64,000 nt of DNA from a virus (IMGVR_UViG_3300022538_000472:35139-99138), one strand, 5' to 3'; counted from the first letter of the stretch, positions 8,814 to 18,742 are shown. The notes: generated from the sequence alone by a model not told the origin. A program made the numbers and translations.

Positions 8814-11150
8814 TTACGCCTCTGCCTCCATTGCCTCCATCTCAGTGACGGCTGCTATAATGATCTCAGCCTTAGTCTGTCCTACACCTCGGTAGACAGT
8901 GAGGCCCTCGACGCCTTTTGCCAGCACGTCTTGGGCGGACTGAATATTGTCAGCTCTCATTTGTTCTGCAATCTTGGGTGTTACACCAGGGAGTAACTGA
9001 GGGTCGAACGGCGGAGGGGTGAATTCCGTTGCATCCTCTATGAGACTATCTGTGAGACCAGGGACTACGAGACCAGGGACTACGAGACCAGGAACATCAT
9101 GCCTCGGCTGTCTATTCACTGTCGGCACTGCCACCGACTCAACCACCCTGGGCGGTGGCGGCGGCGCTTCCCGCTGTGGCAACGGCGCAATCACACGCGC
9201 TACCTGTTGCGCTGTTTTAATCGGCCTGAACAGATTCGGCGCAAGCTCAACATCGCGTTTATGGACGAGGAACCTATCCCCACCTTTCCCGCGCCCACCG
9301 CCTGTGCCATAGCGGAACATCCATCCACCACTGGCTGATCGGCGAACCATATTGGGCGCAATGCGTTGAGCAAACTCTGCTACACCGATGATGGCATGCT
9401 CGCCCTTATTCCTGCTCATGTACTCCACCATTATGAAGTCACTGTCGTTCATCTCTCCCTCCCTCTCCAATTCTTGTGCTGTATTTGACAATACTGGCAG
9501 AACAGACCGCCTGCGCTGTCCACATCCTTTGCATGGCACTTTGGCAACTCCCTTGTACTTCTCCTGTAGATAGTATAGCAGATTTTCCCTGTTTTGTCCA
9601 GCCCATTCGCGGCGCTTTCCTCGGAGGAAGCCATAGACCAACAGTGGCTCTTCGAGATGTACAAAGCACTTGCCAAGATGAGAGAGTCGCAAATAATAGT
9701 CCCAATCTTCCAACGCCTCCATGCTTTCGTCAAAGCCGCCAATCTCATGATGCCAGGAGGTCGGCATTAGCATAGTGATGTTGCACCAATTGTAGGGACG
9801 CGCAGGATCAGGCTGGCGTGCTGCGAGTGTCCAGTCATAGTCGGCAGCACGCATGTAAAGAACCGCATCGCCGGTCTCGGGATTGTAGTCAAGGAGCCGG
9901 TCACGGTACTGGGTCTGTCTTGCGAGTTCTTTGTCTATGTTAGTGATGTTGACGTAATCAGAGTAGACGCCCACTGGCTGATCTTCCTCGCTGTAGGCAA
10001 CAAGCATCTTTTCCATCGCTTTGGGATAGAGCCAGTCGTCGGCGTCAAGGAATAGGAGGAAGGGAGCACGGGCTAGTTCTACACCACGATTGCGGGCATA
10101 ACCAGCACCTTCCTTGCCTCTCGTTCCCGTGAATTGGACAAAGGGATATGCTTTGGTGAGATCTAGCATATCATAAGTGATTGAAACAGGCCAACCATTA
10201 TCAACCCAGGCACTCGTTCCGCCAGTATCATCAATCACAATCGCTTCCCAATTTCTGAACGTTTGTGCCTCTAGCGAATCGAGCGCATTGATTATATCCT
10301 TCTCATGTCCTGGCCCCACTGGAATGACTACACTTACCAGCGGTTCATCGTAAGCCCTCACAGGATGGCTCAGGAACTTCGGCGTCGCAATGGACGCGAA
10401 TGGATGCTGATTATCCTGACAGTAGGGATGCCAGTCCGTAAACTGAACTTCTTGGAAACCCCTCTCGCGATTCGTGCGACCTCCAAGATAGTAGCGGAAC
10501 AATGGTTCATTAGTGACTTGTCGAATACCCCATCCTGCCGCCCCAATGCGCAGCCAGAACTCGGCATCCTCGGTTCCACAGCCCTTCGGTGCGAATCGTT
10601 GACGGTAACCTCCCAGTCGTTGCCATGCCTCACGGCGGAAGACATTGCAGGTGGGAACTTGGTTATTGTGGATGCCCTTGAGTTGCTGGTCGAAGTTGCA
10701 CTCGCCGGGCCACCCACCCTGCCTGCCCTTTTTGCGGCCCATCAGCAGCAGGCCACTATAGACCAGCCCGAGACTCCTGTCGGCCTCCAGCGATGGCACC
10801 AGGGTCTCTAGGAAACTGGGCTCAATCCGGTCGTCGGCGTCCAAACAACAGATGTAAGGTGCAGAACCCAAAGAAATGCCAAGATTTCTTGCTTCCGCCA
10901 CACCCCGATTTGAAGTATGGACATACATGAATCTGCGATCATTGGCGATTGCCTCTAAGATAGCCTCTCTGGAATTGTCTGTGCTTCCATCATCCACTAC
11001 AATACATTCCAGATTGTTAGCACTTTGTTGCATAACACTTGAGATTGCGGCTCCTACCTTGTCATCATAGCAGTAGCATGGTATCACGACCGTCACAAGA
11101 GGTGAAGGGAGATTTTTACGGCGATCTAATTCAATTTGACATTTCTGCAT
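8814..11150 (-). CDS. Double GT2 glycosyltransferase with C-terminal helix-hairpin-helix domain
   Basis: Two GT-A domains (VTVVIPCY...CLDADD; VSVVIPVG...FLDADD; GGFDESM..EDWD), CKGCG, a Pro-rich linker, and HhH-like LPGVTPK...YRGVGQTKAE. Confidence 0.9.
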   Translation of the reverse strand: MQKCQIELDRRKNLPSPLVTVVIPCYCYDDKVGAAISSVMQQSANNLECIVVDDGSTDNSREAILEAIANDRRFMYVHTSNRGVAEARNLGISLGSAPYICCLDADDRIEPSFLETLVPSLEADRSLGLVYSGLLLMGRKKGRQGGWPGECNFDQQLKGIHNNQVPTCNVFRREAWQRLGGYRQRFAPKGCGTEDAEFWLRIGAAGWGIRQVTNEPLFRYYLGGRTNRERGFQEVQFTDWHPYCQDNQHPFASIATPKFLSHPVRAYDEPLVSVVIPVGPGHEKDIINALDSLEAQTFRNWEAIVIDDTGGTSAWVDNGWPVSITYDMLDLTKAYPFVQFTGTRGKEGAGYARNRGVELARAPFLLFLDADDWLYPKAMEKMLVAYSEEDQPVGVYSDYVNITNIDKELARQTQYRDRLLDYNPETGDAVLYMRAADYDWTLAARQPDPARPYNWCNITMLMPTSWHHEIGGFDESMEALEDWDYYLRLSHLGKCFVHLEEPLLVYGFLRGKRREWAGQNRENLLYYLQEKYKGVAKVPCKGCGQRRRSVLPVLSNTAQELEREGEMNDSDFIMVEYMSRNKGEHAIIGVAEFAQRIAPNMVRRSASGGWMFRYGTGGGRGKGGDRFLVHKRDVELAPNLFRPIKTAQQVARVIAPLPQREAPPPPPRVVESVAVPTVNRQPRHDVPGLVVPGLVVPGLTDSLIEDATEFTPPPFDPQLLPGVTPKIAEQMRADNIQSAQDVLAKGVEGLTVYRGVGQTKAEIIIAAVTEMEAMEAEA

Positions 11151-11164
11151 AGTTGTAGTACACT
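11136..11164 (+). promoter_or_regulatory. sigma70 promoter of the LAGLIDADG gene (leaderless)
   Basis: TTGACA(11136-11141)-17 nt-TACACT(11159-11164), then 6 nt to ATG 11171. Confidence 0.8.
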
Positions 11165-11170
11165 CCCTCT

Positions 11171-11983
11171 ATGACAAACCTGATCTATTCTGAAACCGAG
11201 ATTGACAAAATCGTTGAACTTTATATGTCTGGTTTTGGTACTACAAGAATTGCCCGTCAGATAGGGAAAGGCAAACGTCACCAAGTTGAATACGTCTTGA
11301 AGCTCAGACAAGTAGAAATGCGACCAGCAGGGCGTGGGAGACCGGTTAACTCTTTCCCTGGAGTGTCTGAGCTCAGGAACTTTATTGATGGCATCCTTCT
11401 TGGTGATGGATGCCTTTTTCCTGTCGCTGGCAAACATAAAAACTCCGGTCTTATTGTTAATCAGAAATCAGCTCACAAAGACTTTCTATCTTGGATTCAA
11501 GATGTCCTTATCAGTGAAGGCATACCGTCCAGAATCCATCCGATGTCAAAACGAGACGCTCACTCGCTTTACACTCCTCGGTCAATTGAATTCACTGAAC
11601 TTCGAGAACGCTGGTATCCAGACAGTAAGCAAGTTCCCAAGGATATTCATCTTACACCAAAGTCTTTCACTGCTTGGTACCTTGGAGATGGAACAAAGCA
11701 TCCCAGTGATGCCATGACAATATACACAAACTCTTTCTCCTTTCTTAAGGTCGAGTTTCTCACTAGTTGTATTTTACGTGATTTTGGTGTAAAGGCAACT
11801 GTGCACGAACATATTCCAGGGAAAAACTCTTGGGCGAAGCACCCCAATCGCGCCAGACCAATTATATACATCAAGGCAAATCAGGCACGATGGCTATTTG
11901 GCCTATTAGGGCCATGCCCCGTTAAATCCCAGTCTTATAAATGGCCGGATCAATTCTCATTGGCCTTCCCTCTTCAACCATAG
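11171..11983 (+). CDS. Free-standing LAGLIDADG homing endonuclease with N-terminal HTH
   Basis: Motifs FIDGILLGDGCL and FTAWYLGDGT plus TNSFS. N-terminal HTH-like IVELYMSGFGTTRIARQIG. Antisense orientation. Confidence 0.9.
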   Translation: MTNLIYSETEIDKIVELYMSGFGTTRIARQIGKGKRHQVEYVLKLRQVEMRPAGRGRPVNSFPGVSELRNFIDGILLGDGCLFPVAGKHKNSGLIVNQKSAHKDFLSWIQDVLISEGIPSRIHPMSKRDAHSLYTPRSIEFTELRERWYPDSKQVPKDIHLTPKSFTAWYLGDGTKHPSDAMTIYTNSFSFLKVEFLTSCILRDFGVKATVHEHIPGKNSWAKHPNRARPIIYIKANQARWLFGLLGPCPVKSQSYKWPDQFSLAFPLQP

Positions 11984-12860
11984 CCAGTCTATAGACTTCT
12001 GCCACGCGCTGGCAAGCGGACTCCCAAGTCCACCTCTTGGCGGCTTCTCTGGCATTTGCGCCAAGAGTGACACTATGCTTCTGGCAATAAGCGAGGCCCT
12101 CTGCCAAGTCCTCGGCGTCCCCTGGTCGTGCCAGGTAGCCAGCGATGCCATGTTCTACCAGGTCAAGAGCACCACCATAGCCATAAGCCAGCACTGGCGT
12201 ACCAGCAGCCATTGCCTCCAAGATGCCAATGCCGAAAGTTTCCTGCGTCGCTGCTAGATAGACTCCTGCTCGCTGTACAAGTTGCTTCATCTCGGCATGC
12301 GGCACTACGCCGGTGATGGTTACATTCTCACCTGCGCCATCCAGCGCAAAGGTGGAGACAAAGCGGACTAAGGGAAACTGCCGAGCCAGCACATTGACGG
12401 CTTCTGGTGAACACACATCGCCAGCGCGATTTTTGTTGAATAGCACAAATCCTTCGTGCTCAAAGTCGTGTTGCCATTCCTGCCATTCTATGCCGTGGGG
12501 AATGATGTGAGGTGTAAAATGCATATCACGCTGGAATGCCTTCGCAACCCAGGGGGAAGGAACTGTCACTTCCTTAGCGTGGCGAATTGCCCCAATGACC
12601 TTTGCATTGACTTTGTACTGCCATTTGGAGCATGGATAATCTGAAGTCCAATGGAGCCCGTGGCAATGGCAAATGTCACAGTTTGCGCCAGTCGCTCCGG
12701 CGTGCGCTGTCAGGAGGTCATAGGAAGTAGCATCTCTGTCTACTAGTTCAACACCGAATGCTGGCAAGTAGTGGAAGTATGCTTCAATCACGCGCCTGAT
12801 GCCACTTTCACCTTTAGTGCTGCTATAATCAGAGAGATGGGGGATCATCAAAACTTTCAT
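11922..12860 (-). CDS. GT4 (GT-B) glycosyltransferase
   Basis: ETFGIGILEAMAAGTPVLAY signature. Confidence 0.9.
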   Translation of the reverse strand: MKVLMIPHLSDYSSTKGESGIRRVIEAYFHYLPAFGVELVDRDATSYDLLTAHAGATGANCDICHCHGLHWTSDYPCSKWQYKVNAKVIGAIRHAKEVTVPSPWVAKAFQRDMHFTPHIIPHGIEWQEWQHDFEHEGFVLFNKNRAGDVCSPEAVNVLARQFPLVRFVSTFALDGAGENVTITGVVPHAEMKQLVQRAGVYLAATQETFGIGILEAMAAGTPVLAYGYGGALDLVEHGIAGYLARPGDAEDLAEGLAYCQKHSVTLGANAREAAKRWTWESACQRVAEVYRLAMVEEGRPMRIDPAIYKTGI

Positions 12861-13471
12861 ACTATGATAACCTCAATTGCCTTGTCAACCCCATCGGCAC
12901 AGCCCACAAACTCAGCCAACCGTAGCGCCTCACTTCGCTTGGTTCTCAGTTTCTCAAAGTCCAGTCTCAGCGCAGAGACAACCACAAACTTCAGGAATGT
13001 CTCAATCCGTTCGTAGTAAGTTGCGGCTAGTAGTGCCCAGTATGCCTCGTCTTTTCCCGACGGCCCGCGTGACACGATGGATTGTACCACGCCCTTGATT
13101 TCCCGCTTGATGTAGATGTACTGTGGATCAGGAAGCCAGGGATGATAGAGTTCCACTGTCAAGGCAGTACGCGGGTCTTTGAATCCCCACAACTTGCTGT
13201 CACTTCGTTCTATTATGAGGTCCTTTATCTGTACCTTGAAGTCATATCGTACCGATTGGACATCCGTTCGTGAAGGAGGATAATCCCACTTGCCCCCAGC
13301 CGCCGCCAGTATCTGCGCGTTGAGTGTGACGAACTTAGTGTCCTCGTAGTTCAGATAATGCTTGACTTTGGCCTCTGGGTTGTAGTGCATATTGACGCCA
13401 AGAGCATCGAGCATGCCCGCTACCAGGGATGTCCCTCCGCCATGCATTCCCATCACACAAAAGCAAGTCAT
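12857..13471 (-). CDS. Sulfotransferase-family (P-loop) protein
   Basis: VMGMHGGGTSLV and WGFKDPRT motifs. Confidence 0.75.
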   Translation of the reverse strand: MTCFCVMGMHGGGTSLVAGMLDALGVNMHYNPEAKVKHYLNYEDTKFVTLNAQILAAAGGKWDYPPSRTDVQSVRYDFKVQIKDLIIERSDSKLWGFKDPRTALTVELYHPWLPDPQYIYIKREIKGVVQSIVSRGPSGKDEAYWALLAATYYERIETFLKFVVVSALRLDFEKLRTKRSEALRLAEFVGCADGVDKAIEVIIV

Positions 13472-13764
13472 TCTATTGTTTCTCTTTTGCGTGACTGGCT
13501 ATAATGAATGCGAGCACGGCGTAGACTCCGGCGCAGACCAGAGGCATAGTCACGCAAATTGCCCCAGATATTGGACCAGATAGCCGCTGGGATTGACATC
13601 GTAGGTTCAATTCTATACTCAGATGGTGGATGAGACTTAACACCAATTGACCAAGCATACCAGATGAACCAGTGCTTGTACACTGCGCCATACGTTGGAT
13701 CAAAACCGGCTATAACGAAAGCGTGCTCAAACCAACGACGCAGTCTATCGGTTCTGCTCTTCAT
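13468..13764 (-). CDS. Hypothetical protein
   Basis: 98-aa ORF translationally coupled to both neighbours. Confidence 0.5.
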   Translation of the reverse strand: MKSRTDRLRRWFEHAFVIAGFDPTYGAVYKHWFIWYAWSIGVKSHPPSEYRIEPTMSIPAAIWSNIWGNLRDYASGLRRSLRRARIHYSQSRKRETIE

Positions 13765-14621
13765 GTTCTCCTCCTACTCAACAGGCTATGCGCTGGCACA
13801 GGTAGCACTGGCTCTGGCACACGAGTCACAATAGTTACCTGCGGCGGCACGTATTTAGACCTTGGTGTACGCCTGGAAACTGGCATAGGCCTATCTATCT
13901 TTGGCGACTGCTTGATTGCCTCTCGTAACTTCACTTCTTTTACCTTCTTTGGTCTAGGTTCTACCTTTGGCCTTCGCGGACTCGCATGAGGCAAGAGTCG
14001 CCAATCATTGGGAGCAATCTCTGCCAGTTCAAACTCCTGTGCCGCCTTTCGGAACCAATCCCTGCCACACTCCTCAAATAACCTACCACGACCCAACTGC
14101 TGCGTCTCTGCTACAATCTCGTCGAGCCACGCAAAAGACGCGCCGCTATCCCGCACTGCCTTCAGGAAGTGCCAGTCTCCAGCAGCAGACTCGCCAAATG
14201 CCTCTATGTGCTCTAGCCATACCTGGCGCTTCACGATATAGCATAGACAATTCGTGGAGGTCAGTGCCAGCCGCTCAGGGCAATTCCAGACGAATGGCTT
14301 GGGCAGGATGTGAGGCGAGAACTGAGGGCGTCGGGACTTGACCATAATCACGTCAGGGTCTGTCTCTGCACTGCATCTGATTTTAGCGACGAAGCCTTTG
14401 TCCTCCAGTCTAGTGTCGTCGTCCAGGATGTACACATAATCACCACTGACTCTATTCTTGTTCTGCGCAAGACTGGCATTGGCTCTTGGTACTCCAGCCT
14501 GGTCATAGTCTACGATGAATATTTGTTCTACATCCTGGTCAGTCTGGGATAGCACCGACTCAATATTGGACGTGAGCATGCGGGGGCGCTTGCAGCAGCG
14601 AGTTACTATCGTGAGAAACAT
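13761..14621 (-). CDS. GT2-like glycosyltransferase with basic Pro-rich tail
   Basis: TIVTRCCKRP, YVYILDDD and GDWHF motifs. AAGGAG RBS before ATG 14621. Confidence 0.75.
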   Translation of the reverse strand: MFLTIVTRCCKRPRMLTSNIESVLSQTDQDVEQIFIVDYDQAGVPRANASLAQNKNRVSGDYVYILDDDTRLEDKGFVAKIRCSAETDPDVIMVKSRRPQFSPHILPKPFVWNCPERLALTSTNCLCYIVKRQVWLEHIEAFGESAAGDWHFLKAVRDSGASFAWLDEIVAETQQLGRGRLFEECGRDWFRKAAQEFELAEIAPNDWRLLPHASPRRPKVEPRPKKVKEVKLREAIKQSPKIDRPMPVSRRTPRSKYVPPQVTIVTRVPEPVLPVPAHSLLSRRRT

Positions 14622-15247
14622 TCTGGGTACTCCTTCAGGAACCTCTGAGCCACTACCCCTGTCGACCCACTCCACTTCTCACGAAATGCCAGCACGTCAT
14701 GATTCTTCCACTTGCGAATGTTCGGCGATTTCCTGTGCTCAACCCAGACGTGCTGAGCGTAGACTGGTCTAAAGCCAGCCTGAAGTGCCCGCAGGCAGTA
14801 GTCATTATCGCAGCCATAGTGGATGAATAGTTCATCCAGTAGACCAATCTTGTCCAGCAGTTCACGTCGGAATACTGCGCAGAACAGAGACAGATAGACA
14901 ACTAGTCTCACACCATAAGGCATACCTGGCTTACCTCTACATTGAGGCGCAATCCCGCAGCCACCGGAAGGCCCTACGACTCCATTGCGGGGGTCAAGTT
15001 TTAGAGCCTCTATGAGTTGCGCGAGCCAGTCTTTGTGAGGGAATGATACATCGTCGTTGATGTAGCAGACGAAGGGAGTGTCCACAGCAGCGGTCAATGC
15101 TCTATTGGCTGTCCTGACACCACCCTCGCGTTTGTGGTCAACAGCGACGAAGGTATGAACGGGAATGCCAGCAGTGGCGATGGCCTGCTCTATGGTTCGC
15201 TCGCCGACTGCGCGGTCAAGCGTTGGAGTTACTATCCAGCAATTCAT
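14606..15247 (-). CDS. GT2 glycosyltransferase (paralog of 24701-25318)
   Basis: VTPTL, PFVCYINDDV and IGLLDELFIHYGCDNDY motifs. Likely start is ATG 15247. Confidence 0.85.
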   Translation of the reverse strand: MNCWIVTPTLDRAVGERTIEQAIATAGIPVHTFVAVDHKREGGVRTANRALTAAVDTPFVCYINDDVSFPHKDWLAQLIEALKLDPRNGVVGPSGGCGIAPQCRGKPGMPYGVRLVVYLSLFCAVFRRELLDKIGLLDELFIHYGCDNDYCLRALQAGFRPVYAQHVWVEHRKSPNIRKWKNHDVLAFREKWSGSTGVVAQRFLKEYPECFSR

Positions 15248-15503
15248 CCAGGTAGGTTCCTTCCACGAACTCAGAAGACAGAATATTAGCAAGTAACTTC
15301 TCTGCTGCTTCTGTGGCGGTGTCTGCGTAGACCTTGGCATGTCTTCCTGCTACCCCTTCGACCGGCCCGTCAAGGAAAGCCCATGCCTCCCATCCATTCG
15401 CGTCATATCCAATGGCGGGGAATAAGCCAACTGCGCACAACTTCTCTAGTACTTCACCAACCTTCTGCCAGTTCTCTCCAGATTCCATCATTATCTCCTC
15501 CAA
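15216..15503 (-). CDS. Hypothetical protein
   Basis: 95-aa ORF with a GGAG RBS. Confidence 0.5.
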   Translation of the reverse strand: MEEIMMESGENWQKVGEVLEKLCAVGLFPAIGYDANGWEAWAFLDGPVEGVAGRHAKVYADTATEAAEKLLANILSSEFVEGTYLDELLDSNSNA

Positions 15504-15540
15504 TAGTCAAGCGTTGGGGCAACTATCCAGCAGGTTGGTC

Positions 15541-16092
15541 TCATTTTTGTGATTCCCACGTATCTGTCAAGACGGCAACTCTAGTCACATTCCAAAATTG
15601 ACCCTCCTTGAAAACATGGTCAACTAGATACCCTGCTCGATGAAAACCTAGAGATTCACAGAGGTCAAATGCCTCTGAGTTCCTGGTCAGTATCTCACCG
15701 TAGACCTTATGCAATCCCAACATAGTGAAAGCAAAGTTGAGCAACGTCAGGAGCGCATCCTTGCCGTAGCCTTTTCCTCTGTACTCCTCTGCGATTAGGA
15801 ACCGGCCATACTCTGCGCGCCGGTGGCGGAAGTCTATGTTCTGGAGTCCTATCGTGCCAATGGGAGGAGGAAAGGAGCTATCTTGGTGTAGATGATATGT
15901 ACCTCTGAATTCTATCACAAAGAACCTCTGACTTGCATCGTGGCTCACTCGCTCATACCAGTCCAGGTGACTCTCCAGCGACACTGGCTCATCACTGAAA
16001 AAGTATCGTAGGTTGTCATTGCGCCACTTGACCAATTGGAGATGGTCGCCTGGCTCTGGAAAGCGCAATCTGACCAATTTACCCTCAATCAT
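15541..16092 (-). CDS. GNAT N-acetyltransferase (PseH/RimJ-like)
   Basis: YRGKGYGKDAL acetyl-CoA motif, LHKVYGEIL...N, and LGFHRAG. Confidence 0.85.
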   Translation of the reverse strand: MIEGKLVRLRFPEPGDHLQLVKWRNDNLRYFFSDEPVSLESHLDWYERVSHDASQRFFVIEFRGTYHLHQDSSFPPPIGTIGLQNIDFRHRRAEYGRFLIAEEYRGKGYGKDALLTLLNFAFTMLGLHKVYGEILTRNSEAFDLCESLGFHRAGYLVDHVFKEGQFWNVTRVAVLTDTWESQK

Positions 16093-16475
16093 AGTCCAAA
16101 CTCCTTAACTACAGTCAGACAGGTGGACAGAAACAGAACCAATTGCCCACGATCAATCTCATCCCACGAATCATAGCTGGTCAGGAAATACTCATTGACT
16201 AAATCGAGAGGCTTATCATAGCCGACGGCGTGCGTCTCTGCCCGTTTATAAGTTGCACGAAACACAGCATCATTACATGGATACAGTTCTTCCAGTGCAC
16301 CCTCAATCAACCAATCCCCTGACCGTCCCTGCGACCAACCCTCTAGTGTTTCAACCATAAAGGGAACATCCATTTGTGCGGCACTTACGACAACCGGGCA
16401 CTTTCGATATTTATTCCACTCTAGTTCATCAGTAGGAATTACATCGTGCTCCAACGTCGTGACATTTCTAGTCAT
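16089..16475 (-). CDS. PGDYG-like domain protein
   Basis: YRKCPVVVSAAQ...VETLEG...GDWLIEG..ELYPC...FRATY pattern. GGAGG RBS before ATG 16475. Confidence 0.6.
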   Translation of the reverse strand: MTRNVTTLEHDVIPTDELEWNKYRKCPVVVSAAQMDVPFMVETLEGWSQGRSGDWLIEGALEELYPCNDAVFRATYKRAETHAVGYDKPLDLVNEYFLTSYDSWDEIDRGQLVLFLSTCLTVVKEFGL

Positions 16476-16690
16476 TCCAAGTCCTCCTTCAATCTGTACC
16501 AGATCACAGACGGCCAGAACAAATACCAAAGAAATGATGCTGTCCAACACCAAAAATCGCTATCAGCAACGACCAATATCCAGAACCTTGGAAAATGGGT
16601 GACTTTCTTTTTAAGCCACTGCCGAGTCAGCACAATTCCCCCAATGTAGATCAACCAACCTAGCAAGTCAAGCCACTGGAGAATTGTCAT
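16472..16690 (-). CDS. Small membrane protein
   Basis: Two hydrophobic, Trp-rich segments. GGAG RBS. Confidence 0.5.
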   Translation of the reverse strand: MTILQWLDLLGWLIYIGGIVLTRQWLKKKVTHFPRFWILVVADSDFWCWTASFLWYLFWPSVIWYRLKEDLE

Positions 16691-16709
16691 AGCGTTCTCC
16701 CAAACCCCC

Positions 16710-16991
16710 TCATGTCTGAAATTGTCGGCCTTCCTCAGAGTTACCTGTAATGAGATATGCCAAATAGTCACTTGGTGGACGGGATAGAGTCAGATCAGAC
16801 TTGTACGTACTCCCTCTTGGCATCGTGATCGTCAATGACATCTCCCCATCCCGAAATTCGCGAGTACCAACCAAGACACTCAGAATGGCTTGTGGGTTCT
16901 CCGTCTTGGGACAAAAGATAATCTCCACCGTCTCCCCAAGTTCCAATTCTAGCCGTGTAATCTCACCTGTATTGATTTGCATCTTGCTCAA
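16710..16991 (-). CDS. Hypothetical protein
   Basis: 93-aa ORF with an AGGAGG RBS. Confidence 0.55.
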   Translation of the reverse strand: MSKMQINTGEITRLELELGETVEIIFCPKTENPQAILSVLVGTREFRDGEMSLTITMPRGSTYKSDLTLSRPPSDYLAYLITGNSEEGRQFQT

Positions 16992-17008
16992 TCCTCCTTT
17001 TCAGAAAA

Positions 17009-17248
17009 CTACAAAGTCCTCTCAAACTCCCTCACATTCTCATCATAGAAACTTGGATCCTCCCCATTCTCCTGGTCAAGATACTTCTTGGCAAACGCAA
17101 GAAGAACCCGTCCAAGAATTCTTTCATCCATCGTAAAAACAGATGTCACTATCTCCCGACCCTGATGAAGGAAATATTGACGGAGTATTTGTAACCGGGA
17201 TTCCAGATACTTCAGTTCAGACAATTCCAAACTTACTAATGCTTCCAC
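17009..17248 (-). CDS. Hypothetical protein, paralog of 24005-24247
   Basis: Shares MEALVSLxLSELKxLESR...ILGxVLLAFxKKYLD with the 24-kb ORF. Confidence 0.75.
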   Translation of the reverse strand: MEALVSLELSELKYLESRLQILRQYFLHQGREIVTSVFTMDERILGRVLLAFAKKYLDQENGEDPSFYDENVREFERTL

Positions 17249-17262
17249 TCTATCCTCCCAAG

Positions 17263-17553
17263 CTACAGCCAGTCCCCAAACTTTCTCACATTCTCTATAT
17301 CATATCTTTCCAAGATGTCGGCCAAAATGCTCCCAATTTCTCTGCCCTGACTAGCCAAACGCCCAAAAACTTCCAAGATTGCTCGTGCTTCTCGTGGAGC
17401 AAGAGGAGACTGTATTATAGGCTTTGTTACCCAAGCCATCCACTTATCAGCATCAGTCTCAACAGGAAGTGAATAAGGAAAACGCGCCAAAGCAACCCAA
17501 AAAACAGACCAATAGTCTAAAAGAACTCCACCAGGTGGTTCTTTCTCTTCCAT
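17263..17553 (-). CDS. Hypothetical protein
   Basis: 96-aa ORF with a GGAGAG RBS. Confidence 0.55.
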   Translation of the reverse strand: MEEKEPPGGVLLDYWSVFWVALARFPYSLPVETDADKWMAWVTKPIIQSPLAPREARAILEVFGRLASQGREIGSILADILERYDIENVRKFGDWL

Positions 17554-17578
17554 TTATTCTTCTCCCTCTGTTGTAATC

Positions 17579-18742
17579 TCAGAGAGTCTTCCCAAACTCC
17601 CTCACACCCTCCACGACTTGCCCTATCTCATCCGTCGTCAGTCCAGGATACAATGGCAGTGTCAATATACGCTGCCATACATCCTCGGCAACCGGTAGAC
17701 TTGGCTGGCCCTGGTCACGGTAGTAAGGCTGTAAGTGAATAGGCATATAGTGAACGCCTGTGGCAATGTCTCTGTCACGCAGGAACAGGTTAAGCCTATC
17801 TCTATACTCTGGCTTCTCCAATTTAATGTGGTACAGATGCCAGGAACTCTTGCAGTAGTCCCTCTTGACTGGCCGCTCTAGCCATCCCAGGTCAGCAAAG
17901 GCATCCTGGTAGAAGTCAACTATTGACCGCCTCATAATGTTAGAGACTTCTAACTTCTCCAATTGAACTAGGCCAATGGCAGCGTTGAGGTCGCTCATGT
18001 GACACTTGTACCCTAGTCTGTCAATCTCGTAGTACCAGCCATACTTACCATACTGCCCGCGCGTGCCAGCCTTAACTTCCTCAGTACGCCCCCAGGTGGA
18101 TTTGTCTATGCCGCACCAGCGGAGGCGGCAGAGGCTTTCGGCAATGGCAGCGTCAGAGGTAGTGACCATGCCACCTTCGCCACAGGTTAGATTCTTGACC
18201 GCGTGATGTGAGAAACACACTAGTGGAGAGAATAGATTAGAACCAATGCGCGTGCCACAATATTCAGCGCCACAAGCGTGTGCAGCATCCTCAACAACAG
18301 CAACTGGAATCTGCCTGCTAAGGACACCTTCAAGCATCAAGAGGTCACAGGGATGTCCAGCATAGTGGACTGGCAACACTGCTTTCGTCTTGTTAGTAAC
18401 CTTCCAGTTGGCATCCGCATAATCCATGCAGAGAGTATCAGCGAACACATCCACGAACACCGGCTTAGCGCCGCAATACTCCACCGCGTGCGCCGTGGAC
18501 ACGAATGTGATGGTAGGCACTAGCACCTCATCCCCAGGCCCAATGCCAAGCACCAACAGAGCCAAATGTAGCGCCGCTGTGCCACTGTTCACAGCAACTG
18601 CGTGCTCAGCGCCGACGTACTCGGCAAACTTCTGCTCAAACTCCGCCACCTTTGGCCCCAGGCCAAGCCAGCCGGATTCGAGCACCTTGGTTACGGCTTT
18701 GATTTCGCGTTCATCTATCCACGGTTTGAACACTTGTATCAT
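17579..18742 (-). CDS. DegT/DnrJ/EryC1/StrS PLP-dependent sugar aminotransferase
   Basis: VNSGTAALHLAL, VEDAAHA, SHHAVKNLTCGEGGM (PLP lysine) and GVHYMPIHLQPYY. Confidence 0.95.
   Translation of the reverse strand: MIQVFKPWIDEREIKAVTKVLESGWLGLGPKVAEFEQKFAEYVGAEHAVAVNSGTAALHLALLVLGIGPGDEVLVPTITFVSTAHAVEYCGAKPVFVDVFADTLCMDYADANWKVTNKTKAVLPVHYAGHPCDLLMLEGVLSRQIPVAVVEDAAHACGAEYCGTRIGSNLFSPLVCFSHHAVKNLTCGEGGMVTTSDAAIAESLCRLRWCGIDKSTWGRTEEVKAGTRGQYGKYGWYYEIDRLGYKCHMSDLNAAIGLVQLEKLEVSNIMRRSIVDFYQDAFADLGWLERPVKRDYCKSSWHLYHIKLEKPEYRDRLNLFLRDRDIATGVHYMPIHLQPYYRDQGQPSLPVAEDVWQRILTLPLYPGLTTDEIGQVVEGVREFGKTL

Noticed and set aside
11126-11990. Group I intron housing the LAGLIDADG gene
   Set aside because: The endonuclease is antisense to the host genes, no P/Q/R/S core was recognisable, and the downstream GT2 has its own RBS and start.
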